Assembly (NCBI GenBank): GCA_964016885.1
Contig: OZ024743.1
Coordinates: 63,426,001-63,490,000, forward strand
DNA length: 64,000 nucleotides
Direction of reading: 5' to 3'
Source of the DNA: Eledone cirrhosa
Lineage: Eukaryota
Of this stretch, positions 1 to 14,600 are shown in pieces. The position numbers and the translations under genes are program-made. Position 1 is the stretch's first letter. Each line of letters begins with the position of its first letter. The notes beneath the pieces were generated by a model, which was not told where the DNA came from, did not search any database, and saw only the letters and a list, made by a program, of their open reading frames with translations.

Positions 1-2237
1 AGGAAGGGCATCCAACTGTAGAAACCAAGACAGAAACAGTTCTGTTTGAGCAAGACACGGTTACCTGAATGGGACAACCTGTCTAACCCATGCTACCATG
101 GAAAGTGGCCGTTAATCGATGATGGTGGTGATAATGATGAAATATGATGTTAGAAATGCCGTCATAATTAAATATTTAATTTTAACTAAGTCCTTCCAAA
201 TTTTTCATAAATTTATTCGAATATTGTGTATTTATGAGAAATATAGTCATAAATGGGTTAAGCATTTGGTATGATTTCAATTTCTCCTTTGAAAAGCGCA
301 GTTTCACTCACTTTAAGTAATGTGTGAAAATCACATCTTTGTCAATAATTCCTCTTCATTATAAATTTTGATGTAACATGTCTGTACGAGAAACCATACT
401 GACCTGGGAAAAATAATTGTTTTAAGCTCCAACTTAAGATAAAGCTCTTCACTAAACAAGCTGCAAATCAGTCAGAGCTGAACTTCCTATCTTCTCATAC
501 ACGAACTTCTTAACTCATGAATCATTTTTTTTTTTTTTGCATGACACATATGAGAAATCTGTCAAATCCCTCCACCACCACCTCTACATCAACAAGAAAT
601 ATACTTACATACGATTGTTACTAGTACTAGTAGAGTACTAAACCTTTTCAATCAAGTCTGCTATAATTTCTTGTGAGAAATTATAGCAGAGACATATCTT
701 GGTACTAAGCCAAACTATATACAGATGAATCTTATATGTTATGGTAGTAACTTAATCATATTATCTTCTCTGTCTATGACACTATATGTGTCTTTTAAAA
801 AGAGAGGCAAGTAGGGGATTGGGATGGCAAACAAAAAACAAAAAAAACTTTTTTAAATCTTACTAAGGTTTGTCAACTTAGTTTTAAGTTTTAACTATTT
901 TGTTACCTTATCTATAATATCAAAGTGATTCTATCTGTGGCATAAATTGGAGAGAGAGAGGGAGATAGAGACTGGTGGTGCTGAATGCTTTCTTTTAAAC
1001 TTACACTATATGAAGAATATTGCTTATCCTCAAATTATGAATAAAATATTTCAATTTGGTAGTTTTTCATTTATTAAATGTATTCAATGTATATGTAATT
1101 AAATACTGTCTATATTATTTGTGTATGTGTATATATGTATATAACTTAGAAATGAAACATTTAAAATGCCATCAGGCCCTCTTCATAACATTGCCGCCCA
1201 GGGCTCCATTATGAGTAAGGCTTGGTGCAGCCAACTGGCCAATCCTTCCTCATAATGGGACCACCTGACTCCCAAACTATGGTTCTGATGTGAGCAGGGT
1301 ATGGCCAGGCCCTCCTCATAACAGTGCCACCCAGTTCCACATTGTAAATGTGGTTGGTGTTAGGAAGGGTATCCAGCTGTAAAAATCCCAGCCAAATTAC
1401 AGTTCCATCTGAGCAAGATATGGCACTGCCAGCTGGCCAGACTTTTCTCATTACGTGAGAGACCCATCTAACCCATGCAAGCATGGAAAAATAGACATTA
1501 AATGGTGATGATTGATCTTTAATACTTGGTCTTTGTTTCTAATTAAACCATGGAATTTCCATGGAGTCTAATTTCTAATGAAATATACTGCTATTGATTT
1601 TCAAATAAATAAAAAAATAATCACGGATTTAGGGATTTAGTAATATACCTAATTTTCTCATTATTTATCTGGTGTTTTGTACATAGACATTTTAATATAA
1701 AATTATGAATAATTCGACCCTTGTTTCTAATGAATGACACTGCCTATAATTTTCAAATCATTTTGAAAATAACCAAGAATTTAAAGGGATTTAAGCTGAT
1801 GTTTGGAGTATAATTTAAGAAAGGTTCTTACATAAAATTATGATGGAAAGTTTTGTAGAATCAGGAGTGCTTCCAGTTAGTTTGATATCATAAGAGTTAA
1901 CGTCTATTAGAGTTCAACAAAATATGTATGTCATATACTATAGATGCATCAATCCACTAGATATTCTTTATAAACCTGCTTCCTACTAAGGCCTTATCAT
2001 AATATAGTAAATAGTTATTGGGTGGTTAAACAATTTATATAGTTTCACTCTTAACATCTTGTTAATTGTTAATACAAATCTTTATATTTTACTAGTAAAC
2101 AGATCGTTTTGCAAATTTGCAGTATTAGAATCAAGTCTTTAATTCTAACTGTGATGCATTCATATAGTGCTGTTCTTGCTCTTCTCAAGAATCTTTTGCT
2201 AATGCAGTACAGAACATTATGGAATTGTGCAATAATT

Positions 2238-2285
<48 letters not shown>

Positions 2286-4601
2286 TTTATGCCCTCATAT
2301 AGGATTGTACTATAACTAGCTTGCATGAGCAATGGATTCTTTTAAAATTAGTTATTTCAATTTGAAGTAGCGTTCCATCACACAAACTGAAGGGTCCAGC
2401 TGTATTCTGATTTGTTATTCTTACCATCCAATTATTTAATTGTTATCTTAACCAATGACATACAGCACTTGTTCCACTTGAACTCAGTTATATAGATCCT
2501 CTTGATAGTGCCTTGATTCTTCACTTTATCATCATCAACGATCTCCTTATGCCTCATTAGACACAACCAGTCTATTTCCACCATCACCACTACTGTTCTT
2601 AATACCACAATAAATGTCATCCTTCATTATAAAAAGGTTAAATAAATTATAATTATAATTTTAAAATCTTTTCGTTACCATATTTCTAATGGAAGATACT
2701 GCCTGAGATTTTCAAATAATTTTGAAAATAATCAAGAATTTGGAGGGATTTAATAATATAACTAACTTTCTTATTATCAAGCTGGTGTTTGGAGCGTAAC
2801 TTAAAGGTTCTTGCATAAAATTATGATAGATTTTTAGATAAAAATAAGCACTTTAAAATAAATAATTTTGTACCATGAAGCCATGGGTGGTTTCAGGCTG
2901 TTTGATATCAAATGGGTTGAAAAAGCCAAAATGACAGTGAATAAAGACACAGATTAGTAACCTATGGGTTGTGAGTTCAAACTCACTGCATGCATTTTAT
3001 TATTCCTGGAGCAAGATGTTTATTCAGTATGCCACAGTTAACCTTCATTATGGGGAATCGAGACCAGAATTTATAACACCCTATTCAAGAAGTGATTTAG
3101 CTCATCTTGTAATCCTTTCATTATCACACTTCTATGGAAAGAAAATGCCTATAATTATCAAATAATTTGGAAGGATTTAGTAATATAACTAAGTTTCTCA
3201 TTGTTTGGAACAAAGGTTTTGCATAAAATTATAATGGAAGACTTTTAGATAAATATGGTATAGACCCATAACTTTTGAGGGAAATCGTAGGGATGCTGTA
3301 TTGACAGTGTTTCTTAGGGCATTTTAAAACCTGTCGGAGTCCATCTCCTCTCCAGGCCTGAGCATAGCAGATTTCTTCCAGAGAAGAATAGAGAGTAAAA
3401 GAATGGAAGTGAGAAAAAGATATATAGAGAGAGATATAGAGGAAGAAGCGACCCTAGTACTACACTGGTACTTCTTTTTTTTTTATCGACCTCGAATGGA
3501 TGAAAGGCAAAGTTGACCCTGACGGGATTTGAACAGAGAGCAGAAACGAATACCACAAAGCATTCTATCCAATGTTTTAACAACTCTGCCAATTTGCCAA
3601 TTAATAATTTTGTAGCAGAGGACTAGGGGCAGTTTCAAGCAGGTATCAAAAAGGTTAAGATATATTTTATTGAACAGCTGGAAGCTATTCATATAATCTA
3701 ACTAATCAAATGAGAAGTAGCAAAATAATCAGCTAAACAGATTGCTATGTGTACTATAATGCACTTTTTAAAGGGGATCAACATAGTGGTTGCTGCAAAG
3801 ATGAAATTAGTGACTTGACTGACAGTAGCACTTCAGTTCATATACTATTACCTATGTATAAACTGCTTAATGACATACATATGCAAGTAATTGTGCATAA
3901 TTAGCTGTATATAATTGCCATGTTAGTTGATGTAAAACTGACATACTTAACCAGCCAGTGTAACCATATAATGAACAATTGTTTGGTGAAAGGCTAATAT
4001 AGAAATTGGATAGATCTAAACAGAGAATGTATGACGAGTATAACAAACAACTGGTTATATTCTTTCCACATGTCTCCCTTCAAATCCAACAGTCCAGCCT
4101 TATGTATGTAACTATTAGGCCTGTACCACAAGAAGCCACATGAGCAAGATATTCTTGAAAAGTACAAAACACCACTATGACTGCATCACTTTAAAAATTA
4201 AAGTCTTTAGCTTACTGCATCTGTCCACTAATGAAGATACTATAAACATTTCAATTAACAAACCTGTTTTTTAGATATTTTCTGCTAAATCATTATAAGA
4301 TGTTAAAAGTTAATATTAGGTTCAGAAGCTTAACCACTTCATTACCAAAGACACTGCCTATGGTTTTCAAATAAATATGAATATAAGCAAACATGGCAAT
4401 GGGTGGGGAAGTAAAATAACTTTCTCATTATTAAACAGGTGTTTGAAACAAAGGTTCTTACATGAAATTATAGAAAGTTTTTAGATAAATATAAACACTT
4501 TGAAACAAACAACTGTGTGTCATAGAACCAAGGATGGTAAATAAAACACAAAAGCTGAGAGAGAGAACAATAAAGCAATATCTAGAATGGAAGAAATGGA
4601 T

Positions 4602-4802
4602 TTAAAACTTCAACATTTAAGCTGGCCATATCTGGTCAGAGTTCTCTCACCTCTTTCTGTCCAAACTGGCCATAACCAGCCACGCATACCAACATTAAGG
4701 TATTGTTCTCAAAATCTCATAGATTTGATATTATGTGAGATAAAGCCTTTATCATGAAAATACAATAGTATATAGAGAGTAATGTAAATGCTAAAGGGTT
4801 AA
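4602..4802. mobile_element. piggyBac-type MITE, same family
   Basis: Same internal sequence. Right TIR intact, left TIR decayed. Confidence 0.75.
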
Positions 4803-5084
4803 TGTAAAATTCTTCAGTAGACAAATCTTTTTAATAAGATAGTGGAGTATTGTGTTGAAGTTTGAAAGTAAGTGGATGAGAGGAATAATGGAAATAAATG
4901 TAGAAGTTGATGAAGGGGAAGACCAAGAAAGACGTAGCTAAAGATAGGGAAGGAAATGAAAGCTAGGGAGTGAGGGGGTGGTTAAAATGGAGAAGCTTGT
5001 CATGGAGCTTGCAAGGCTGACCCTTGCTTTAGTAGAGAAAATGGTCTTAAAACGTTTGTTGTTCTTGTAGTACTTACTGGATTA

Positions 5085-5275
5085 ATGGTGGATTGGCAGT
5101 AACGGTAGAGGAGCGGACACCATGCCTTGATGCATAGAGTTACGGCCCTTGCCATTCTGAGTTCAAATCCCGCCGAGGTTAACTTTGCCTTTCATCCTTA
5201 CGGGGTCGATAAAATAAAGTACCAGAAATACACTGGGATAATTGCTGGCCTTGTGCCAAAAGTAGAAACAATTAT
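5085..5275 (+). mobile_element. SINE family A copy
   Basis: Near-identical to the 8.1-8.9 kb copies. Confidence 0.9.
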
Positions 5276-7199
5276 TTATTTAGCTCCTTTTTGGTTCTGA
5301 GTTCAAATACTCTTGCAAAATAACCCTCCAATCTGAAAATCAAACTCCCAGCTTTACGATCATGAGCTCAACAATTTAACTAGTAAACCACACAACACAT
5401 CACAATTAATCAACCATAATAATACACCGTGTATGTTTGTATATTTATATATATAAGTCTGTAACTCTTTTTAATTTACAGACATATACATACAATGCAT
5501 TTCTATATCAGTCATGTTGCTACAATAAAAAGCTCACTTTCCAACCATAAGGTCCTAGGTTCTAACCCTACATTTATACCTGAAAATAGTTATTTCTCCA
5601 AAATTACTCATACATTTAATCCTGTATGTCATTTATTTGTACATATATGCTGAACATCAATGTAATTAAATGCTAGAAATAAATTAAAATATTCTTAGTT
5701 TTAATCACTTCCACATGTTAGTAATCAACAAACGATTAGGTTTCTTTTATGCCAACCATTAATTTATCTCAATTTCTAGTCTTATCATATATCCAGTAAT
5801 CCTTGCATACCAATCTTGGACTCCATAAATTAAATACATTCAAAGCTATTGCCCTCATTATTGACAGCAAAGGACCACTATTACATAAATAAATAACACA
5901 TTAGATCAATGATCACAAACACACTGGACCACTCACTGTAATTCTAAATCATTCAAAGTGTTTGCCAACAACCTTTTCTTTTCCTCAGTTCTGCATTCAG
6001 TATCTATGGCAACGTGATTCATAACTGGCCCCACCCAAACAGGACAACAGTAGAGGATATTTTTCTTTGGTGCTTTTTTTAGTCTTCAGCAAAGATCAAC
6101 ACACTGTTACCAAAAATTACCTACAGCTGTTGTATGTGTTTGGTCTTCAAGCACAAACCAAGTAAATTAATGAATGTTTTTACATTTAATTAAACTTCTA
6201 AATTAATATACAATTAATCAAATATGTCTACTCCATCTGTAAAATTCAAAAACTCCATGAGGAAACTGCAATAGTACCAATAGTACATCTACCAAATTAA
6301 GTTGGAGTAACAGGAAAACACAGCAACTAAACATCAGATCCTTGCTAATTCAAATGACAAGCTTCTATGCCAAACTGAAGTATGTGTATGGACTTGAGAA
6401 GAATGGTGAGAACTCAGTTATAAAGAGAGATACTCTACTTACAGCTAATTAGTAGTATGAGAAACCAGGAGACCCTGACACATGCAATAAGCTAGTTAAA
6501 CACATGCAGCAGTAAACATTTTAAGACTATTTTACCTGCTAAAGCAAGGGTTCACATTTCAAGCTCCATGAAATACTTTATGCTCATCATGTGGTCATAT
6601 TTGAGCAATTTTTTAATGGAATTGTCACATGACCAGCCAGACTGAAGAATCATCTAAAATTCTATATTGTTTCTATTCAATAGTCACACTGGTATTAAAT
6701 TGGTACATAATTTCACTTGACTACAGAAATTGGCACAATAAAAACATTCTATTCTTAAGATCACTTAAACAAGCATTTTAAGGATTTTTTTCCTGCTGAG
6801 ACAATATTAAGTGAAGTCAGATTGACATACATGCAGACGAAACAATAAATATCAATCTTTTATGTAAAATGAATAATATATATACCGACACCACAAAAAG
6901 CACTCAATCTACCCTATAATGACATGACAAAAACCACCCAGTTCATCCTGTAAGGTGGTCATGCTGGTGACATGATGAAAAAGTACCCTGTCCAATCGGT
7001 TAGTTGGTTGTTTTGGCGCCATGATAAAAAGCACCCAGTCAACGCTATAAATGTGGTTGGCATTAGGAAGAGCATCCAGCAGTAGAAACCAAACAAGAAA
7101 GTTCTGTATGATCTGATTTGTCTCACAACGGGACAACTTCCCTAACTCATGCTAGTGTGGAAAATAGTCATTAAATGGTGATGATGATAACCCAAATTC

Positions 7200-7400
7200 T
7201 GAGAGTCCTGCCTATAAAACCCAGTATTTATCTCCATTACAGAATATTCCAATATCTATTCTTCCTCATAAAGTAAACTAGTGTCTGGTTCACAGACAAG
7301 GTGTTTACCCTCTCTGCATCTCCTACCACTACTATAATGGTATCTGCTCCTCAGAGCTAGTTGGTCTCATGTCATCTTAACCACTCGACTATGTGCCTTC
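7200..7400 (+). mobile_element. Short CR1/L2-like C-terminal relic
   Basis: VHRQGV...YHYYNGICSSEL resembles the L.HRR.V....YRYY.G.CS.EL C-terminus of this group. Confidence 0.35.
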
Positions 7401-8116
7401 ACTAGTGTCCTTGTCAGATAGAAACCTAATAGCTTATCTAATCAGCCATTTTGCCTTATAGCATGAATTCATATTGAGAATCAAAATACCCTAAGTAACA
7501 TTTTCTACAGCAATATCTGTGGGAAACATCTTTTTTATATATCACAAGTGAAACAAACAAGCTCATTTATTTTTTACGCCAACTGTTCTGGTACCACTAT
7601 ACGATGGACCAAATACACTGTAAAGTGATTGGCATTAGGAAGGGCTTCCATCTGTAGAAACTATGATAAAAGGTGCTGAGAGGACCTTTCAGTCATAACA
7701 CAACAACCTCTTTAGTGATGGTACCACAAAAGAAATGTACCCAGTACACCATCAGGTGGTTGGTGGTAGAAAAGGCATCTAGCTGTAGAAAACCTGCCAA
7801 AAAAGGTTTGAGAGGAGTCTTCAGAAGTGTCAATGGCATGACAACCTCTCTGGTGTTGGTGACATAATACATACCCAATACACTGTTAAGTAATTGATGA
7901 TAGGAAGGTTAATTAGCCATAAGAAATTTGCCAAACAAGGGGTAGAGAAGACTCATTATTTCTGGCAAAGACATGACAACATCCCTAGTGATGGTGCTAC
8001 AATAAAATGCACAGCTCACTCTGTATAGTAAGGGAACATATGTAAGCAAGAGGCCTGTAGTTCTGATTAAGTACTGACTTGGCCTGTCCAACACTTGATA
8101 GTCGGGAAAACAGCCA

Positions 8117-8911
8117 TTAACTAATAATAGTTTCTACGTTAGGCACAAGGCCAGCAATTACCCAGTGTATTACTGGTACTTTATTTTATCAACCCCGTAA
8201 GGATGAAAGGCAAAGTTAACCTCGGCGGGATTTGAACTCAGAATGGCAAGGGCCGTAACTATGCGCCAAAGCATGGCATCCGACACTATCAATACTGCTA
8301 AATAATTGTTTCTACTTTAGACACAAGGCCAGCAATTACCCAGTTCATTACTGGTACTTTATTTTATCGACCCCGTAAGGATGAAAGGCAAAGTCAACCT
8401 CAGCGGGATTTGAACTCAGATCGTAAAGGGACGTAACTATGCTGGAAAGCATGGCGTCCGACCCTCTACCGATACTGCCAATCCACCGCCCTTCTGCCAA
8501 TACTGCTAAATAATGATAATTGTTTCTACTTTTGGCACAAGGTCAGCAATTATCCCAGTGGTACTTTATTTTTTCGACCCGGTAAAGATGAAAGGAAAAG
8601 TTAACCATAGCTGGATTTGAACTCAGTCCGTAAAGGGACGTAACTGTGCTGCAAAGCATGGCGTCCGACTCTACAGATACTGCTAATCCACTGCCCTTTT
8701 TAACTAATAATTGTTTCTACTTTAGGCACAAGGCCAGCAATTACCCAGTGCATTACTAGTACTTTATTTTATCGACCCCGTAAGGATGAAAGGCAAAGTC
8801 AACCTCGGCAGGATTTGAACTCAGATCGTAAAGGGACGTAACTATGCTGGAAAGCATGGCGTCCGACCCTCTACCGATACTGCCAATCCACCACCCTTTT
8901 TAACTAATAAT
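8117..8911 (-). mobile_element. Four stacked copies of young SINE family A (~175-190 bp)
   Basis: Each copy has a B-box-like GAGTTCAAATCC, the central domain gaggttaactttgcctttcatccttacggggtcgataaaataaagtacca (resembles the Meta/MESC SINE domain, from memory) and the tail gtagaaacaattatt. Confidence 0.9.
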
Positions 8912-11092
8912 GATAGCCAAACTTACAACAACAAATCACACCAAGAATTTTACTTCTCAAAGATAGAATCTGTCTACTTCTTTCATAAACTAACATTTCC
9001 TAATAATAAAATCTATCAAAGAATACATCAAGGAACATTTTTTATGCTCAGGAGATAAAGGAAGCTATTTTAGCCATCAAACTTGTCATATAGCAGTAGA
9101 AAGGTGAACTATCAATTGTTGTTTATTGATCTCTCTAAACTATATGTGGCTATAGTCTAAAAAAATTACAATAAAACAGTTACTTCTGCTGACTCATTTG
9201 GTTTAGATTGGGTCATGGGTATAAAGTTACTCATAGGCTTAAAACACTGATATCTCTTTACCTAGGCAGCAAATTGGCAGAGTCGTTAAGGCACGAGATT
9301 AAATTCCTCAGTATTTGTTCCAGTTCACCGTGCCCAGAGTTCAAATTTGACCAAAGTCAACTTGGCTTTTCCTTCTTTTGGAATCAATAAATAAACTACC
9401 AGTCTAAGGACAGTGTGATCTGAGTTCAAATCCCACTACATTCTGCCAGTAGTTAATACCAGCAATGGAAAGACCAATAGAATTGTGGTTTCCTGGTATA
9501 ATGATCCCAAAAGGATAAAAGGAAAATTCACTTCCCACTGAGGCCAAGTTGAGTGTGATGAGCTAGAACAAATACTAAGGCATATAATACAATGCTCTAA
9601 ATATTCTGTCATTTTGCTGCCAATGATGGAACCACAGATGGAATCACTCCTAATAAAACAGTAATACACTTCACTAAAAACACGAGTCCCTATTCCTCAG
9701 CTTCATGTCTCTGAGACATAATGTAATCTAAAACTTATGGCAGTGGGTTTAAGAAGTTCACTTCGCAACCATGTGGTTTAAAGTTCAGTCCCACTGCATA
9801 GCACGTTGGGTAAGCGTTTCATACAATGCCTTGTGAGTGAGATTTGGTATACAAAAACTGTATATAAATCAAAATCTGAACACAGATGACACTGCAAGAT
9901 TCGAACAAAATGAACAAACAGAAGCATCTGTGTCATCAGTTAACCACTGGGGATCAACATGATATTATGTGAATAGGATCGTTCATCCCAGTAAACCGAC
10001 AGATAATAGAAATTACAACATACCACATCACAAGTTACAATATCTTTCAATTAACAAGGAAGATGAGGCAATATGTGTACTTATGAACCACAGGATGCTC
10101 TTAACTGAAAACAAAATACTAAGAACATAATGTATGTATACATACACACACATATATATAAGTGTATATATGTGTGTTTACATTTACTCTGTGACCCATA
10201 ACTTAACATTTCAACAAAGAGATTAATAAAATAAGTATCAGACTTTAAAAAAAAAGGTTCCGAGGTTGATACAATCAGCTAAATCCCTTCAAAACAGTGC
10301 CAACATGGCCACAGACTGATGGCTGGAACCAGTAAAAGAATAAAAAATAAAAAAACAATAATAAACCTTCAGCTTCTATTACCAGCAAGAGATAAAAAAA
10401 ATAATTGTTGGACATTCAGTTCATAAGTTCAATTCCAATGACTGGCAGTTAAAGAGTGATTTCAGTCTGTGGGACAATTCTATTTAGTAGTGATGATACA
10501 ATGACTAATTAAAACCCCATCATTATTGTATTCTGTATGTGTATGTATGTATGCTTATTTGTATATAAATGTATATATTTCTGTGCCTGTGTATATGCAT
10601 GTATGTATGTGTATATACATGCATATGTGCATATACATGTATGTGTGAGTTTGCATGCATAAATGTGTATGTGGGCCTGTGCATACATGTGTGAGGAGTT
10701 TGCATGCATATATGTATATGTGGGCATGTGTATACATGTATGTGTGAGTTTGCATCCATCTTATGTATGTGAGTCATTTATTAGTAATACTACAGGCAAT
10801 AGCAGTAGTAACATAGCTTTGTTCCTTTCTTTTGTTATCTCCTCCCCCCCTTATTTTTATATATAGTCTTCTAGTGCTTTTTTTTTTTTTTTTGTATTTG
10901 TCTTTTCTCTTATTTATTAATTGGTGACTAGCTAGCCAATTTTCAAACACTCACTATGACTTGCCTACAAAAAAAAAAAAACTATTGTAAATATTTTTAA
11001 TTTATAATAAAAAATATTTAAATAGCATCTTCATTTTATTCAGATTTAAATCTATATTTAAGTCAATGCATCTGAGGTGTAAACTGTCTGTC

Positions 11093-11096
<4 letters not shown>

Positions 11097-11163
<67 letters not shown>
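11097..11163. repeat. (GA)n microsatellite
   Basis: Direct reading. Confidence 0.95.
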
Positions 11164-11164
<1 letters not shown>

Positions 11165-12714
11165 AGTGGTGGTGGCAGTCTCTCAGCTTTATGGAAAGAG
11201 GCTGGTAAGAGCATGTGTGAGAGAAAGAGAGGGAAGGGAAGAGAAAGATAGGAATTGCTTTTACAAAAAAATATATTCTATCCTTAAAATATAAATGAAT
11301 AAAATATTCTAATTTAGCAGCTTCAGTCATTTGTTAAATCTATTCAATATGTGAGTGCTATAATATATTTTGTGAGATAAGTATGCAAGATAAAGTGTTT
11401 ACTGTGAAAATATAATATTGAAAATATAATAGAAAATATAATGTAAATGCTAAAGGGTTAAGGGAATTTCATTAAACTACCAACTCTATTCACTAAATTA
11501 TCCTTTAACTACTTTGTTAACAAACTACCTGAAACTGGCTCTAGTTCTGATATAAAACAGTTGAAATTAAAATGTTTGTATGCCATTTATTTCAAAACCT
11601 ATCATAATTTTATGTAAGAACTTCTGTTACATTCCAAACCCCAGAGAAAGTTAGATTACTAAATCCCTCCAAATTCTTGATCATTTACAAATATTTTTTT
11701 AACATAAGCAGTGTTTTTCATTAGAAACATGGCAACAAAAAGATTAAAAGATCGTCATCATTTATAATCTGCTACAGGAATGGGTTGAACAGGTTGTCAC
11801 AGATAAAGTCAGTATTTAATCTGAATTGCTTTCCTTTCAGATGTTAGGGGCCACATTCCACATATATTCCAGTTTTAGCTATAGTTTGTTTTCTATAACT
11901 AGATGCCCTTCTTAACAACAGCCACTTTTGAAAGTATAATGGATACATTTTATCATGGCACCAGCACTAGGAAAGGAGCTAGCATGCTTTTGACACAACC
12001 AAAGATTTCTTTCAAAAGTTTGGCAAAAAGAAGAAAAAACAAAAATAAAACTAAGGCTTACATTCTTTTGATTCCCTTATAAAAGATAAAGATTTCAAGG
12101 GAATAACAACTTTGGGGAATTTTTAAAGAGTGGTAGAAGGAGGGGTGTCTTTTCCAGTCCCTTAAACAATCTAATTAAGAATTCAATGAAACCGTTTTCC
12201 ATTTTTTTTCTTCTTTCCTCTCGGTAATTTCCTTAAAAAAATTTTAAAATTAATTAAATGAATAACGACAATACATTTTAACTTAAATTGTGGAAAATCA
12301 AACCACCCTCTGTCAAATAAAAAAAAATAATAATCCTAAAACAAAAAAAGTGAACTTGGGAGATAGGGAGATTAGAAATAGAGATAAAATAGGAAAAATT
12401 AAAATAACTCAGTGGATTTTATTTAGTTAACTAGACAGGAAATCTAAACTAGTGCGTGTGTGTGTGTGTGTGTGTGTGTGTATGAGAGCGTGTGTATGAG
12501 AGTGTGTGTATGCGCGTCTATGTATGCGTGTGACTGCACTGTCAGAGAATGTGTGTGTGATAGAGAGAGAGAGATTTGAAATTGCCATAACCAGCTGACT
12601 AATACAATTTAGTTAGTTCATCCTACATAGGGTAGTGGTGGTGATGTAAGCAGTGAGTGGGGATGGATCTGATGTGGCACAAGATCTTGGATGTTGAATT
12701 GTAAGAATCAGCAG

Positions 12715-12900
12715 CCAACACCGCCATCATCACCACTACCATTGCCTTCATCACCACCGCCACCATTGCCATCATCGCCACCACTGCTACCACCATCACC
12801 ACTGCTACCACCATCACCACTGTCATCATCACCACCATCACCACCATCATCATCACTGCCCTATTATCACCCTCTCCTCCCATCATCATTAGCAGCAGCA
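12715..12900. repeat. Degenerate (CAC/CAT)n trinucleotide tract
   Basis: Direct reading. Confidence 0.9.
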
Positions 12901-14128
12901 ACAGTGACTTACTTTCATTGCAACTCCTCCCACCATGACTTTACTACCATATTCATCATCAGCAGCATCAGTGACTTAGTCTCATTACATCTCCTCCCCC
13001 TTACCTTCATTCCTGCTGCCACCACAATCATATACAGTATGGGATAAACATTTGAGTGTCAAATGATGTCATGAAAGTAGGTCAATGAAAGAAGATAATT
13101 GTCACACATGAACACACAAACTCTTTCCCCTTCTAACTGAATAGTAGGGTAGCCATTAAAAAGATGTCATATTACATCATCATCATCATGATTAAATGAA
13201 AAAACATAAAATGAAAACTAGAGCTTACACCCATACAGGTTTAGCTGACATCCAGGGTTTCATCTCATAGGAAACCCAGTCCTTTAAAGCAACATAAATG
13301 AAGTGCTTGCTGAATGGCAATGAAACCAGGATATGCTCTGTCCTAATGAGGTTTTGGATTTGAGATAACAGATATGTGTGGGGAAGAAGGCAAGGAGATA
13401 TTACATGGACACAGAGCTCTAATGCATAACAGCACTAAAGGAAGTTAGTGTCATGAGCTTTCCTAGACCTATAAAAATGAAGTCATGTGCAAGATTTGTT
13501 CTAAATTGTTTTTTTTGTTTTTTTTGTTTTTTTTTACAAAAGTTTCTATCCAGTCCTCTAATGATAGTAAAAATAAAGCTAATATACGACATGTCGGGTA
13601 AATTTGTTGTTGAACAGAAGTATACAGTGATGAAAGTATTTTAAAAAAAGGATTAGAAAAAAAATTGAAGAGAAAAGGGAAAGTGGTAAGAGAGGGAGCA
13701 AAATCAACACCCATTGCTAGATGGTATATCTCAGCTGTGCCCCACAGACAAGATGGCAAAAACATTGCTACAGACAACAACCAACACCTGCTGCATCAAC
13801 CATTCCACCTCAAAGAGCTCCATTAGGTGAGATGCACTGCTCCCAGTTGTGTGGAGGAAACTAGCAGTTAAGAGACTGAGTAAACTAGAAGTTTAAACAG
13901 TGACTGGCAAGAAAATTAAGCGGTCATCAAGTCCTGGTATTTGGGTATCTCTTGCTCCTCCGCATTAAAAGCAACCATGTCCAAGCTTGTGGTTGAAGCA
14001 ATAAGATAATTGTCTGCTACTACAAAGTTAATAACATTTATAAGAATTTATTAGAACAAGGTATTAGTAGCTACTTGTCCTATGGAAAAATGAAATATTC
14101 AACTAAAGTGTACATATTATTCACAATT

Positions 14129-14600
14129 TTAACCCTTTCAATACCAATCCACCTGAGACTGTCCATAATTCCATGATATCAAGTCACTCATTTTAAATTA
14201 TATTTGAATAAAAAAACTTCCCATTTTAATTTTATGTAAGAACTTTTTATTAACCCCTTTGATACCAAACTGCATGAAATTGTCCCTCTATTTTCTATAA
14301 CTCAAAGTTGTTTATTTTTAAGTGCTTATATGCATTTTTTTTTTTTAAACCTTCCATCATGATTTTGTGTAAAATGCTCCAAACACCAGATAAATGATAA
14401 AGTTATATTGCAAAATCCTTCCCAATTCTTGATTATTTTCAAAATTATAAATTGTATTTTACAATAGAAATATGGTGATGAAAGGATTAAGTTATGTTCT
14501 AAATATTAGTTTAATAATGACATGGCTATTTTACTACTAAATCCATCTAAATTATTTTCAAAATTAGTTTAAACATGTATAAAATACAATTAAATCATTT
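14129..14600. mobile_element. Nested copies of an older AT-rich TTAA-CCCTT MITE family (others at ~1550-1900, 2650-2920, 4330-4540, 11500-11750, 17786-18020, 20552-20930, 21670-21886, 38551-39118)
   Basis: Recurring ttaaccctt(t)gataccaa...gaaatatggt.atgaaagggttaa ends and a shared internal ataattttatgtaagaac. Confidence 0.6.

Noticed and set aside
12623-13047. Pro/Ser-rich and Met/Val-rich ORFs
   Set aside because: Readings of a trinucleotide repeat.
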